From positions 131,130,001-131,194,000 of the forward strand of contig OX597818.1 of the NCBI GenBank assembly GCA_951406725.2: a DNA stretch of 64,000 nt, written 5' to 3'. This stretch comes from Octopus vulgaris (taxonomy: Eukaryota). A program made the position numbers and the translations under genes. Positions 39,927 to 53,663 of this stretch are shown here, piece after piece (position 1 is the first letter of the stretch; every line of letters begins with the position of its first letter). The notes below the pieces were generated by a model. It searched no databases. It was not told the origin of the DNA and was given only the letters and a program-made list of their open reading frames with translations.

Positions 39927-40180
39927 TCACACACACACATACATATATATACATACATATATACAGGGTTGGCCAAAAGTCAGTAAATCAAAACCATTGA
40001 TTTATTTATGTTTAACAACTGAATGAATTTAATAAAAGCATCTAAATATGAAACATCATGAAAACTGTTCACTCTGAAGTCCATCTTGAGTGATACATTT
40101 TCCATTCAAGTCAATACAGAATTACACATAGTATTTATAGAGCTTTGATTTGCTGTTGGGTGACTTTCGTGTGTGCGTGT

Positions 40181-40228
<48 letters not shown>

Positions 40229-40468
40229 AAATTGTTCTGTTCTTTTACTTGTTTCAGTCACTTGACTAAAGTTATTCTGGAGCATCACCTTGAAGTGTTT
40301 TAGTGGAACAAATCGATCTCAAGCCTTATTTTTTAAGCCTAGTACATATTCTATTGGTCTCTTTTGCCAAACCGTTAAGTTATGGGGGGGTAAATATATC
40401 AACATCAGTTGTCAAGCAATGACAGGTGTACCCCAACCCTCTCTCTCTCTCTATATATATATATATAT

Positions 40469-40768
40469 GTGGAGGCGCAATGGCCCAGTGGCTAGGGCAG
40501 CGGACTCGCGGTTGTAGGATCGTGGTTTCGATTCCCAGACCGGGCGTTGTGAGTGTTTATTGAGCGAAAACACGTAGAAGCTCCACGAGGCTCCGGCAGG
40601 GTTTGGTGATCCCTGCTGTACTCTTTCACTACTCTTTCTTCTGTTGGCCTGCTCGCTTAGCCAGCGGGGGGAAGGGTGTCATTCAAAGGCTAAAACAATG
40701 CAAACGCATTGTGACCAGCTATGTGTAACAACATTTGATAGTCTGGTCAGTCACGTGATAACGTGATA
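40469..40768 (+). mobile_element. tRNA-derived SINE family D
   Basis: A box TGGCCCAGTGG, B box GTTTCGATTCC; tail (CACGTGAT)-like repeats; inserted in (TA)n. Confidence 0.85.
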
Positions 40769-40816
40769 TATGTATATATATCTGTAAAATAATATGTGAC
40801 AATTATTTAATAGCCA

Positions 40817-40879
40817 AGATAAAACTCTGAGTTTCGGATGTCGAGGTGGAAATCCACAACACTATCTCTTCGGTTATCT
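40817..40879 (-). ncRNA. Type I hammerhead motif (CCGAAGA variant)
   Basis: AGATAA-CCGAAGA-GAT...GTGGA tt TCCAC...ATC-C-GAAA-CTC a GAG-T-T-TTATCT. Confidence 0.65.
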
Positions 40880-40895
40880 GGCCATCTCCAGATGG

Positions 40896-40958
40896 AGATA
40901 ACTGAAGAGATGGCGTTGTGGATTTCCACCTCGGCATCCGAAACTCAGAGTTTTATCT
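40896..40958 (+). ncRNA. Type I hammerhead ribozyme motif
   Basis: AGATAA-CTGAAGA-GATG...GTGGA tt TCCAC...CATC-C-GAAA-CTC a GAG-T-T(40952)-TTATCT. 6-bp stem I; GUU triplet. Confidence 0.8.
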
Positions 40959-42000
40959 TGGCTATTAAATAATTGTCACATATTATTTTACAGATAAATT
41001 CCTCTATTTACATAATATCGAGGTCTCTTTCACTCTTTTGTTGTCTTACCATTTTTACCAATATATATATATTGTTATATTATTGCATTCACTTTCTAAC
41101 CATTACAGAGATTCAGGATCCCAAATTTGGATGGACTACATGTGGGGAAGAGATGTCATCATATAAAAGATTTTATTTAGAGATAACTAGAAGCACTAAT
41201 TTCAAAAGTTTGGTAATATGAAATTAGAAATTGTCCCGGGTACCTTATCATGGAAAAGAAAAAAGAGATACTTAAAGAAATTCCTTCATGAGGATCTTGG
41301 TGCTATGATGCAAATACAATTCTATAAACAGAAAGAAAACAATCAAGGAAAAGGCCAGAAGACCATCATTCCAGATGCCACTCTCCATGATATAATCGAA
41401 GTTTAGACCCTATTTTCTGTCAGCCAGCACATCAAAGAATATTATTCATCTGGAAAGAAATTACTAGTTGCCACTCCTTCTGAAGACAATTGAAGGATTA
41501 GCTTTCTAAGAAAGATTTATAGTAACATTCTGGAAAGCTCAATTTAAACTTCCTGGTAGTCGTGCAAATGATCCAAACATAGATCCTGATATTTACAGAG
41601 TACCAGGCCAATCTGGATCACATTAGATTCAAAGTCTCTACTCTCTCTTTTACTCTTTTACTTGTTTCAGTCATTTGACTGCGGACATGCTGGAGCACCG
41701 CCTTTAGTCGAGCAAATCGACCCCAGGACTTATTCTTTGTAAGCCTGGTACTTATTCTATCGGTATCTTTTGCCAAACCGCTAAGTTACAGGGATGTAAA
41801 CACACCAGCATCGGTTGTCAAGTGATGTTTGGGGGACAAACACAGACACACAAACATACACATACATACTCAAGCCTTATTCTTTAAACCTAGTACATAT
41901 TCTATTGGTCTCTTTTGCCAAACCGCTAAGTTATGGGGAGGTAAATACACTACACCAACATCAGTTGTCAAGCAGTGACAGGTGTACCCCAACCCTATAT

Positions 42001-42036
<36 letters not shown>

Positions 42037-42066
42037 GTAAGTATATATATATATATATATATATAT

Positions 42067-42260
42067 GTAGGTCTCGGGTTGATTCGGGGTTAACCACAGT
42101 AAGTAAGGTACTCAATACATAGCAGAGTAAAATTAATTTATTATATAGAAGGAGCTTCTACAGGACTAGTACTGTTTCATTCAAGAGAAATCTTCAGGTG
42201 CTTCCTGAAGATTTCTCTTGAATGAAACAGTACTAGTCCTGTAGAAGCTCCTTCTATATA

Positions 42261-42266
<6 letters not shown>
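42067..42266. mobile_element. TA-embedded fold-back element with hammerhead
   Basis: Unique end GTAGGTCTCGGGTTGATTCGGGG, then palindrome 42136-42266; sister copy at 57082. Confidence 0.9.
42196..42252 (+). ncRNA. Type I hammerhead ribozyme motif
   Basis: AGGTGCTTC-CTGAAGA-T-TTC tctt GAA-T-GAAA-CAG tactagtc CTG-T-A(42243)-GAAGCTCCT. Stem I is GCTTC/GAAGC. Confidence 0.7.
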
Positions 42267-42301
<35 letters not shown>

Positions 42302-42697
42302 CATACATACATATATACATACTTACATACATACATACATATATATATATACGTATATACATACATATAAACGACGGGCTTCTTTCAGTTTCCATCTACC
42401 AAATCCACTCACAAGGCTTTGGTCGGTCCGAGGCTATAGTAGAAGACACTTGCCCAAGGTGCCACGCAGTGGGACCGAACCCGGAACCATGTGGTTCGTA
42501 AGCAAGCTACTTACCACACAACCACTCATACAGACAAATAAAGGTTTTAATAAACTATAAGAATTTTAATTGACCCAACAGCATCATGTGCAGCCAGAAA
42601 ACTAACTGGACATTGAATAATAGTTTGAGGCTTAAAGCTTGGTGGCAAGTGAATTCATAAGACTTATGGTAAAGATATATTTTTACTACACATATGT

Positions 42698-42729
<32 letters not shown>

Positions 42730-43035
42730 TTAACATCTGCTTTCCATGCTAGCATGGATTGGACGATTTTGACTGAGGTCTGGCAAATCAGATGGCTGCA
42801 CCAGGTTCCAATATTGATCTGGCAGAGTTTCTACAGCTGGATGCCCTTCCTAACGCCAACCACTCCGAGAGTGTAGTGGGTGCTTTTTACGTGCCACCGG
42901 CACGGGGAGCTAGTAAGGCGATGTTAGTAATGATCATGCTCGAATGGTGCCCTTTTACGTGCCACGGTACGGGGGCCAGTCTTGCAGTACTGGCAATGAC
43001 CTCACTCAAATCTTTTTACACATGCCGCTGGCACA
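42698..43035 (-). mobile_element. Family C (RTE 3'UTR)
   Basis: (CAT)n tail and the GGATGCCCTTCCTAACGCCAACC block. Confidence 0.8.
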
Positions 43036-43351
43036 ATCATAATAATAATTAACATCAGAGCCATGTTAGCATAAAAAAAAAACAAATGATATATAAAGTA
43101 ATAAATAAACCATAACATGATTTGTAAAAGCAAGCATTGTCTATGCATCAAAGAGAATGGATTTTACTAGAAAGGATACTATGTATGTATGAATAAATAG
43201 GTATATTGCCCCAATATGTCTTGATTGGCCACAGCTGTACATGAGGTGCATTTGCATGTTATTCATGTGCATACTTATCTAGTAAATAATTGTCGTTATT
43301 GCATCTAACACCTACATTTGCGTATGTGTATTTGTATGTATGTATGTCTGT

Positions 43352-43755
43352 ATCAGGTCGTCCCATAAGTTCTGTCAGATTTTACTTTTTTTTAAACTGA
43401 ATGAAATTTAATAGTATTTTAGAAAGTCTCATAGAATTAAAAATTATTTTTATGCATTTGTTTACATTTATACTAATTAAATATTATTTTACAGAATAAT
43501 AGAATTCAAATTTCTTTGATTAAAACCCGTTCTAACATGAAAGTATCCAAAGAGCATTTGTCCAACCCGTGCTAGCATGGAAAACGGACGTTAAATGATG
43601 ATGATGATGATGATGATGAATGCTTTATGAGTACAAAAAAGGAAACTCTGCAACTGAAGTGACTCAAAACATACACTCAGTTTATGGGAAAGAATGCCTA
43701 AATGAAAGAACTTGCAGAAGATGGTTTGCAAAATTCAGAAGTGGAGATTTCAGAC
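43352..43755 (+). pseudogene. mariner 5' end (TIR plus transposase HTH) interrupted by a family-C tail
   Basis: TATCAGGTCGTCCCATAAGTTC TIR-like start; MKVSKEHL, insertion 43560-43618, then MLYEYKKGNSATEVTQNIHSVYGKECLNERTCRRWFAKFRSGDF. Confidence 0.85.
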
Positions 43756-44096
43756 TGAACCAAGTGGCAGTGTTCCATCACCATTGGAACCAAAAACTAC
43801 AAAGCCACCAGAAGAGAAAAGGAAGAAATGAAATGACAGGGGAGAAAAGCTTGATAAAATCAACCTCTTCCTCCAACAACATTACTATGCAGTCAAAGCC
43901 ATCAACTCTTCCGTGCAATAATTGGTCTACAGAGCCATCAACGCCAACACAACAAAGGAATCATTCAGCAAAAATCAAACTAAATTCTTGGATACAAGAT
44001 AAAGCTAATGAGATAAGGGAGGGATGAGATGAGGATGAGAGTAACAAGCAGAGAGAAGACATGTGGTTGAAGGTGGTTAATGTCAAATGTGGGTGG

Positions 44097-44481
44097 TGAA
44101 AGCACTCCGTCGGTTACGACAATGAGAGTTCCGGTTGATCCGAATCAACGGAACAGCCTGCTCATGAAATTAACGTGTAAGTGGCTGAGCACTCCACAGA
44201 CACGTGTACCCTTAACGTAGTTCTCGGGGATATTCAGCATGACACAGAGAGTGACAAGGCCGGCCCTTTGAAATACAGGTACAACAGAAACAGGAAGAAA
44301 GAGTGAGAGAAAGTTGTGGTGAAAGAGTACAGCAGGGATCACCACCATCCTCTGCCGGAGCCTCGTGGAGCTTTAGGTGTTTTCGCTCAATAAACACTCA
44401 CAACGCCCGGTCTGGGAATCGAAACTGCGATCCTATGACCGCGAGTCCGCTGCCCTAACCACTGGCCATTGCGCCTCCACA
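44097..44481 (-). mobile_element. Young tRNA-derived SINE (family D head, different tail) with 12-bp TSD
   Basis: TSD AAATGTGGGTGG at 44085-44096 and 44482-44493; same head as 40469. Confidence 0.9.
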
Positions 44482-44997
44482 AAATGTGGGTGGAGCAGAC
44501 AGTATTATGAATGAAGGATGGATAACAAATGAAATGGTTCCAGGTAGTGAGAAGAATAAATGGAGAGGAAAGCTGGTGAACTATGCAGTTCTGCTTACAT
44601 TTAATTGCAGCAGCAAAGTGCACATTGTGCTTCCTGAATTTCAGTCTCACAGAGATGAGTGAGTCTTCTTGAGACCTGCATATTCACCAGTAATCCTGGA
44701 CCTTTATCCTCTTCTCAGAAATGTCTAAGTGCCTGAGATCAGCACTCACCACCTGGTCCCATGTCTTCCTTCTACATTAAGTGGTCAGCACTTTTTAATA
44801 CAGAAGATAACCCATCCAATGTTCTAACAATTCTGCCAGTTCACCCTGGACTGCTACTCCCATTTTTATTAATGTAGCTCTACTACAAGAAAAAAGATGA
44901 AAGGTTAAGATGACCTTGAACTCAGAGCACAGTGGGTCAGAGAAAATGCCAAGAGGGACTCTGTCCAACACTTAAAATAAAACTCTGCTAACTCACT

Positions 44998-45085
<88 letters not shown>

Positions 45086-45170
45086 TACACACATATTTGA
45101 ATGAGTGGACCAATGAAAGAAAGTGATGCTCAGCACATTTGCTAGGAGTTATATATATTATTTACATTAT

Positions 45171-45398
45171 TTAAGCCTTTAGCATTTAAACCAGCCAGAT
45201 TCAGCTCAAATACTCTACATTTTTAATATATTAACTGGCCATATCTAACCTCTCATAACTAACCTACACTAGTATCCTAAAAATAAACAATCAGATCACA
45301 GAAACCGCAAAGCAATGAAATAATGCATGATTGATTCAAAACAATTTGAATAAGAAAGCATTACATTTGACAGAGTAATCAGAAGGCTAAAGGGCTAA
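45171..45398. mobile_element. Decayed TTAA-flanked (piggyBac-like) MITE
   Basis: TTAA-GCCTTTAGC ... GCTAAAGGG-CTAA. Confidence 0.6.
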
Positions 45399-46829
45399 AA
45401 ACAGTTTGACTCAGCACCTGTTCAACCACTCTGTCAGGGACATGGTGAAGTCATGGGAATGCAGCATGGCAGATAGTGAAGAGGTATAGGAAGAATTCAA
45501 GTGAGCCAATAGTGCTTTTTTACATTGATGCTGAGTGGAGGAGTGGAGGAATCCTAGAAGATCAGGATCACCAAGTTCTATCAAGAGAGTAACTGCAATG
45601 CATCCGTAAGGATGGTATCCATGGATGTGTAATCAGCTAATGAAATATTTGCTATCACCGAAGCTCCCAATTCGAATTCATAATAACGGAATTAGATGGT
45701 AACAGAAAGTCATGGGAATCTGTGAAAGCAGTAAAAACAAAATCTCCATTATTCACTCAAGTGAAATCACCTAGCTTAGTAATTAAAATAGTTGACTCGT
45801 GAGCAAATAAAATAGTTGACTCTTTGAGGGCTTGATTCAGATCAGATAACATGTGTCTTTGAGTAAAGCGTTCCATTTCTTATTGCTCTAGTCCCTTCGG
45901 CAGTTGTTGTGGAATGGGAGTAACTATGCCGTAACATCTAGCATCCCATTCAGTAAGGAAGACTTGTACTGTCAGCTGCTTATACAATCTCTGAAAGCAG
46001 AAACGGTCCTGGCCAAATGAGCCTGTAGATTTGAGGCAGACTTTGATATTTTTCCAACTATTGTTTTACTACAACATAAAGCATTCAAATTAGACAGAAA
46101 GAACACAATATTTACTACAGCATATTTCTATACCTAATGCTGTACTTGATTCATTCAAGCTGTGTCATTTATATGATTTTAAAAATAAATAAATGAATGA
46201 ATAAATAAATAAAATGGAAAACAAAAAATGTATCTAAAAATGACTAAAAGCTTATATTTTGCAATCCCGCAGTACATTCAAATAAAGAAATAAATATCTG
46301 GATAAAATCCACCCGAAAGAAAAAGATGACAAAATGCAAGAGAAAAAAAGAAAAGGAAAAAACTAAATAGCAAGAAATTCTAACGAAGCCCAATAAAACA
46401 AGTTTATTTTTCCTTTCTTTACTTTTATATTTTTGTTTCTGTTTATTTTTTTATGCATTTTATTAATGTGTTGAGTGTTATTTTTTTAAATTTTATTTTT
46501 GTTTTTTTTTTTGTTTAACATTTCCATCATCCTTGTTACAATTTTGTTGTTGTTGTTGTTGTTGTTGTTCATGTCTGTTCTTATTGTTCTCTTCAGAAGC
46601 AATATGTTCTGGAGGGATAATTATAAGTATTGTGTTTTCGTACTTTTCTCTACATTTTCTAAACATTAGTCGCAACAATGATAATTGCTTGTCCAACAAA
46701 TAGTAGATAAAGCGAAAGAGTATTCGCGGATGAGACCTATCAATATCAGAAAATATATGCATTTATTTATACATGCATATGTATATATGGGAATTGGTTT
46801 ATATGAATGATTCCCATGATAACCCAAGA

Positions 46830-46922
<93 letters not shown>

Positions 46923-48113
46923 AATGTGTGGATGTGTATATATATTTATATATATATATATATATTTATATATATGTATATAAATGTGTATATGTATATA
47001 TATTTATAAAGAATATACATATATATATATTACGTACATGTGAGTGTCTGTATGCGCCTATATCTATATATGTATGTGTGTATGTATGTATATTGACATG
47101 GACATTAATTTGTGGATGTGGAAGTGAAAAGCTGTGTATTTTTACATCCATATCTAACCCTGAATACACCATCAAAAATATTTCTGGTTCATGTCGAGTT
47201 CATATTACCTGATTCGTTCATCTATATACATGCATTTCATAGATTTCAATCTATAATGATATTGGTTGGGAATCGGTAAATATCTCCTATCCATATATAA
47301 TAACGATGTGAATGCTGACCGTGAAGATATATATAAGTGTACATGTGCATTCACACATAAATACATTTATGCTAACATGAATAGATAGAGACATATTAAT
47401 ACAACTTATCATGGGCCAGATCAACATTTATAGAGAGCAACTATAAAGGGAAGTAATTGCAACAGCAATACACAAGTGTATATACAAATATGTGTTTGTG
47501 TTTGTGTGTATATGTCCATGTATGTATGTATGTATGTGTGTCTAGCTCTGTGTATGAGTATGTGTGTGCGTACGTATGTGACTATCTTCATCTAAGTGTG
47601 TTTTGAGCTTATTACATCAATGAGAGTGTGTGTTTTCAGACGCAAATGAGTAAATAAGTTTTGTATATATGGGAATAAATATTTATAGGTAGTTAGAATT
47701 GTAGGCAATGGGATATCACAGCTGAAACATCATACATACAGTATCAACAAAACTAGACTCAATTCATGGATGATATATTAAGCAGAAATAGACATTAATC
47801 CATTCAGATTATTCTCATGATAACCATTGGCTTCTAGCCACCACTACTACCATCACAACCATGTACATAAATACATAAATACATAAATACATATAGATAT
47901 ATATATACACTCACTCACATACACATACACAATCATAGAAGCACATACATAATTGCAACAGCACACTCATGCAAACACTATTTCGCCTATATTCTGACAT
48001 TCTCATCACCATTCCGACTATTCACTGAATTGCTATAAAATATATACATAATGATCAATACATATGGCATATATATATATATATATACATATACCATAAA
48101 AGTATATCCACAT

Positions 48114-48162
<49 letters not shown>

Positions 48163-48374
48163 TATACATACATATGTACCTATATATATATATAGATATA
48201 TATATATATATGAATATACAAACATATGTACCTATATATATATATTATATAATGAATATATATATAACATATATATACATATATATTTATATATATATAT
48301 ATAAATACAGACATATAACTTTTATATATATATATGCATATATATATATACATATATATATAAAAACACACATA

Positions 48375-48414
<40 letters not shown>

Positions 48415-48866
48415 TTGCATGAATGTTATATATACATATATGTATGTGTGCATGTGTTATACAAATATGTTACATTCATACTTGCACATAAGTAAAGAAA
48501 TGCTATTACAATTATATGGAGATATGTTTGTATGCTATGCTTATATTTTCATGTTTAAACACATTAATATACATACATTTGTGGGTATTTAAGTATGTAA
48601 ACATATAAGAATTATGTAGATAAAGATATGTAAGCTTTTATCTGCTGCTGCCGCTGCCACCTTCGGTAACATCGCTGATGCTACCACCACTGCCGCAATC
48701 CTTGAAACTCACTCCACTACCTCAATATATATCACTCTGTGAAATCAGTTGGCGGATGGTGGGGGGTGGGGGTTAAGATCTATGCCTAAGTGATGATAGT
48801 TATCTAACTTATCAAATATTTTTCAGAATCTGAAAGTCCTACTGTGCACCATCTTCCAGGCAATCG

Positions 48867-48983
48867 ATAACAACAACAATAATAATAATAATAATAATAA
48901 TAATGATAATAATAATGATAATAATGATGATAATGATAATAATAATGATAATAATAATAATAATAATAATGATGATGATGATG

Positions 48984-49014
<31 letters not shown>

Positions 49015-49063
49015 TAATAATGATAATAATACTAATAATAATAATCATAATGATAATAATTAT

Positions 49064-49104
<41 letters not shown>

Positions 49105-49289
49105 TAATAATGATAATAATACCAATAATAATAATGATGATAATGATAATAATAATGATAATAATAATAATAATAATAATAATGATGATGATAATAATAA
49201 TAATGATAATAATGATAATAATGATAATAATACTACTAATAATAATGATGATAATGATAATAATAATAATGATAATAATAATAATAATG

Positions 49290-49353
<64 letters not shown>

Positions 49354-49379
49354 TAATAAAATAATAATGATAATTATAA

Positions 49380-49447
<68 letters not shown>

Positions 49448-49485
49448 TTAATAAGGATAACAATAATAATGATAATAATAATAAA
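48867..49485. repeat. Long (AAT/GAT)n array
   Basis: Seen directly. Confidence 0.95.
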
Positions 49486-49772
49486 TCGTAAACACGATTT
49501 ACAAATATGGTGAGGGAAAAAAAATTAAAAATAGAGTGAAGATGTAATGTTTGGCTGGTAGGAGTTGGCTAGATGGGGTTGTTGGGGGTTTTGGTTGGAA
49601 GAATTACATGAAAGGCCAAAACCTTTTTGGTACTGTCTGTTTTAAGTGCCAGTAAATAGACCGATTATATCGGATTGTATCTCATGCTGAGTAAGCAGTG
49701 GTTGCAATGGCGGTGATGTGGGAGGGGTGGGGGCTTTTTTTTTTATTTACCTACATTTTAATTAATTTATTC

Positions 49773-49817
<45 letters not shown>

Positions 49818-49867
49818 GATTATTATTATGATTATTATTATTATTGTTATCATTATTATTATTATTA

Positions 49868-49901
<34 letters not shown>

Positions 49902-49911
49902 CATCATCATC

Positions 49912-49943
<32 letters not shown>

Positions 49944-50016
49944 TATGATTATTATTATTATTATGATTATTATTATTATTATTATGATTATTATTATTAT
50001 TATTATTATTATTATG

Positions 50017-50051
<35 letters not shown>

Positions 50052-50052
50052 G

Positions 50053-50129
<77 letters not shown>

Positions 50130-50160
50130 CATTATTATTATTATTATTATGATTATTATG

Positions 50161-50193
<33 letters not shown>
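49773..50193. repeat. Long (ATT)n array, opposite orientation to the preceding array
   Basis: Seen directly. Confidence 0.95.
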
Positions 50194-50194
<1 letters not shown>

Positions 50195-50834
50195 CTACCA
50201 CTACTATTAGATTCTTTATCGTTGTTGTCATGATTGTCATCCTCTTTGTTTTATCAGCGTTCACTTTTCCAAGCGTGCATGAGTCAGGTGGAATCTGTTA
50301 AGGTGAATATTCTACAGTTGGATGCCCTTCCTGTCACCAAACCTCACTTGTTTGTAAGAAAGGTAATAGTCGCTTCCTATAACCGAGCATGTTTGCATGA
50401 AATATTTGGGAACTAATGCAACCACTTGCAGCATAATGGGGACACGCATTTATGCAGAGGAATCTGAACTCAAAACATAAAGACAAAGTTCAAATTCTTC
50501 CAAGGTTGACTTTACCTTTACTCCTCTTGGGGGTGAATGAAATAAGTACCAGTTTTGTACTGGGGTTGATGTAATCCACTAGCCCCCACCTTCAAGACGT
50601 CAGGCCTTGTGCCTATAGTAAAAAGGATTATTTAGCAGAATCTTTATCATGCCAGGCAAAATACTTAGTGGCGCTTCATCTGCCTTCATGTTCCGAGTTC
50701 AAATGCCACCAAGGTCGATTTTGCCTTTCATCCTTTTGGGGGTCGATAAATTAAGTACCAGTTGAGAACTGGGATCAATGTAATTGACTATCTCCTCCTC
50801 AAAAATTTCAGGCCTTGTGCCTATAGTAGAAAGG

Positions 50835-50896
<62 letters not shown>

Positions 50897-51240
50897 TACA
50901 ATACCAGTGATCGTAGGAGCATTAGGAATGATCAAGAAGGGAACCGAAAATTATATGAGAATGATCCCTGGCTTACCATCCCTGCAAGAAGTGCAAAAGA
51001 TTGTCTTAACTGGTACATCACACGCATTGAGAAGAGCATTGTCGATGTGAGAACTGTTGCTGCTCATGTATTTTAATTTAACTTTAAAAAAAAAAAAAAA
51101 ATGAACGAACTACTGAGTTTGGTTTAATGGCCTACCAATGTATGCTATGAGTTTCTTTGCCCTAGGAGTCGGGAAGACACTCGGCAAGAAATGGAAGCAA
51201 ATTTGAAAGAAGAAAAAAAAAAGTAATAATAATAATAATA
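50897..51240 (+). mobile_element. R4/Dong-like (RLE-type) non-LTR retrotransposon 3' end in (TAA)n
   Basis: IPVIVGALGMI...IPGLPSLQEVQKIVLTGTSHALRRAL* is the characteristic RLE C-terminus. 3'UTR follows; both flanks are (TAA)n. Confidence 0.85.
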
Positions 51241-51258
51241 ATTATTATTATTATTATT

Positions 51259-51309
<51 letters not shown>

Positions 51310-52045
51310 CAGTGGCAAGCTGGCAGAATTGTTAGCACACTGGAGAAAAAGCTTAGTGGCACTTGTTCTGGTTTTACATACTGAGTTCATCCTACAAACA
51401 CTCACTCAGTGGTGGTCTTGGGATATTGTCTCTGATGATGTGCAGGAATGTACTGAAGATGACATAAATGCAGAAATATCTGAACCACTGTGATGGTGAT
51501 GAGGAGAATGAAAAGAAGTTCATGCAAGTGTGGGCTTCATTTGAGCAAATCAGTTGACTGCAACCCATCTTGTTGATTGAGCTGCAAGCCTAGGGTCAAA
51601 TGCTGATTAGGGTTAGGCCTTAGGTATTTAGAGTGCTGCTAAGCTCTCCTTGGCATGGTAGTGCTACAGGTGGGGATAGCATTACCTGGTTGAGAAAAGC
51701 ACTACAGGAATGAATGTGCCAATGATTGAACCTGTCAAAGATGCATGCAAGTGAACAAAAGCATATTACATGCTACATTCAGAGTCTATATATAAAGCTG
51801 TGGGATTGTGCTGAGTAGCTGCTGTCATGTGTCAGATGAATCGAACTGTCTGCTTAGCCTAGAGTGAAAACTGATTACTGCCTTCCTCTGGTTGAAAAGA
51901 AAGGTCAGTCTTCCATGTTTGGGGTCATAGTAGGGAAAGGAAGCTGTGCGGTGGATTCATCGGAAAGGTTTGAAGACAGATATTTTCTTATCTGGCCAGT
52001 GATGAGACAGTTCAAACTGTTGTTTTTGATACTACTGCATGAAAG

Positions 52046-52296
52046 AAATCTAGAAGAAATCTAAAGGCGGTGAGCTGGCAGAAACATTAGCAGGCTAGGC
52101 GAAATGCTTAGCGGTATTTTGTCTGCCGTTATGTCCTGAGTTCAAATTCTGCTGAGGTCGACTTTGCCTTTCATCCTTTCAGGGTCGATAAATTAAATAC
52201 CAGTTATGCACTGGGGTCGATGTAATTGACTTAATCCCTTTGTTTGTCCTTATTTGTCCCTTCTATGTTTAGCCCCTTGTGGGCAATACAGAAATA
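52046..52296 (+). mobile_element. SINE family A with TSD
   Basis: AAGAAATCTAGAAGA on both sides. Confidence 0.9.
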
Positions 52297-52602
52297 AGAA
52301 ATCTAGAAGAGCTGTTTTCTGCCAAAGGTATTATCCAGAGAGTAGAGTACTGTAAGTGCCTGGCAACATTTGAGATCTCAACAAATTCTTCAAGAGAAAA
52401 GTGAAAGTAGAGTGGGAAGTGCTGCCTTCTAATGTTTTTATTAAAAGGTTACAACAAATACCCGTAAAATTTCATCAAATAGCACATTGTTAGCTTAGAA
52501 TATGTCTGTGTGTTTTGCATGTGCATGCATGTATGCAATGTCTGCAATATATATATATATATATACATACACACACACACACATATATATATATGCATAT
52601 AT

Positions 52603-53218
52603 ATCATTATCATCATCATCGTTTAACATCCACTTTCCATGGTAGCATGTGTTAGACAATTTGACTGAGGACTGGCAAACCAGATGGCTGCACCAGGCTC
52701 CAATCTTGATCTGGCAGAGTTTCTACAGCTGGATGTCCTTCCTAACGCCAACCACTCCAGGAGTGTAGTGGGTGCTTTTACGTACCACTGGCACGAGGGC
52801 CAGTCAGACGGTACTGGAAATGGTCATGCTCAAATGTTTTTTACGTGCCACCTGCACGGGAGCCAATCCAGTGTCACTGGCAATGACTTCGCTTGAATGT
52901 TTTTTTATATGTCACCAGCACAGGTGCCAGTAAGGCAATGCTGGTAACGATCACACTTGAATGGTGCTTTTTACACGCCACCGGCATGGAAGCCAGTTAG
53001 CCGCTCTGGCAACAATCACACTCAGATGGTGCTCTTAACGCTCCACTAGTACGGACGCCAGTCATCAAATTTGATTTTGGTTTCGATTTCACTTGTCTCA
53101 ACAGGTCCTCGCAAGCAGAGTTTAGTGTCCAATGAAGGAAAGGTATGCATAAGAGGGCTGGTTACACCCCTGGCATAGACCACAAGGTTGTGGTCTCATT
53201 TGGCTTGCTGGGTTTTCT
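52603..53218 (-). mobile_element. Long family C (RTE 3'UTR) with internal ~60-bp imperfect repeats
   Basis: (CAT)n tail and repeated TTTTACGTGCCAC...GGCAC units. Confidence 0.8.
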
Positions 53219-53504
53219 CTATAATATATATATATATATAAGTGTGTTTGAAGGGACATATTATCCAGGTGGATACTATATTAAACCTACTTTAGTTAAT
53301 TATTTTCCTTTTTTAGTTTGTCCATTTTTAAGTTTGTTTTTTGCTTTATTTTTGTGGATATTATATAATGGTTATTTTTTTGTTGGAATGGGTGAGGTAA
53401 GGATGATGATATTTTTGTGTATTTCTAGAATTGGGTTATAGTGGGGAAAAGAGGCTGTGCGGTTAAGTTTCACTTAACAGCTAACACGAATGACCAAATG
53501 GACA

Positions 53505-53588
53505 GACCTTGATGAAGCTGCACTGACAATATTGCAATGTTGCCTTTGCAACAGTGAGTACTTACTGCAGCAGAAACACGTGTAGGTC
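53505..53588 (+). ncRNA. Type I hammerhead motif (C3U variant, long stem II)
   Basis: GACC-TTGATGA-A-GCTGCA...TGCAGC-A-GAAA-CACGTG-T-A(53584)-GGTC. Palindromic stem III ACACGTGT. Confidence 0.7.
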
Positions 53589-53663
53589 ATTTTAATATGC
53601 CTCATATAACTATAAAATATATTTTGAGGATATACAAGCATCCATACTCTTTATTATTCATAT

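Larger units (their letters stand above)
40779..40996. repeat. Fold-back palindrome carrying two opposed hammerheads
   Basis: ~100-bp arms centred near 40888; the right arm continues to ~41060. Confidence 0.95.
41640..42527 (-). mobile_element. SINE family B split at its internal microsatellite by later insertions
   Basis: 3' half at 41640-41870 and 5' half at 42371-42527. Confidence 0.75.

Noticed and set aside
40469-40545. tRNA gene
   Set aside because: Has A and B boxes but no proper acceptor stem, and continues into a repeated SINE body.
51780-51900. CR1/L2-type LINE fragment (LYKA...EYCCHV-like)
   Set aside because: Needs frameshifts to read; too decayed to delimit or classify.
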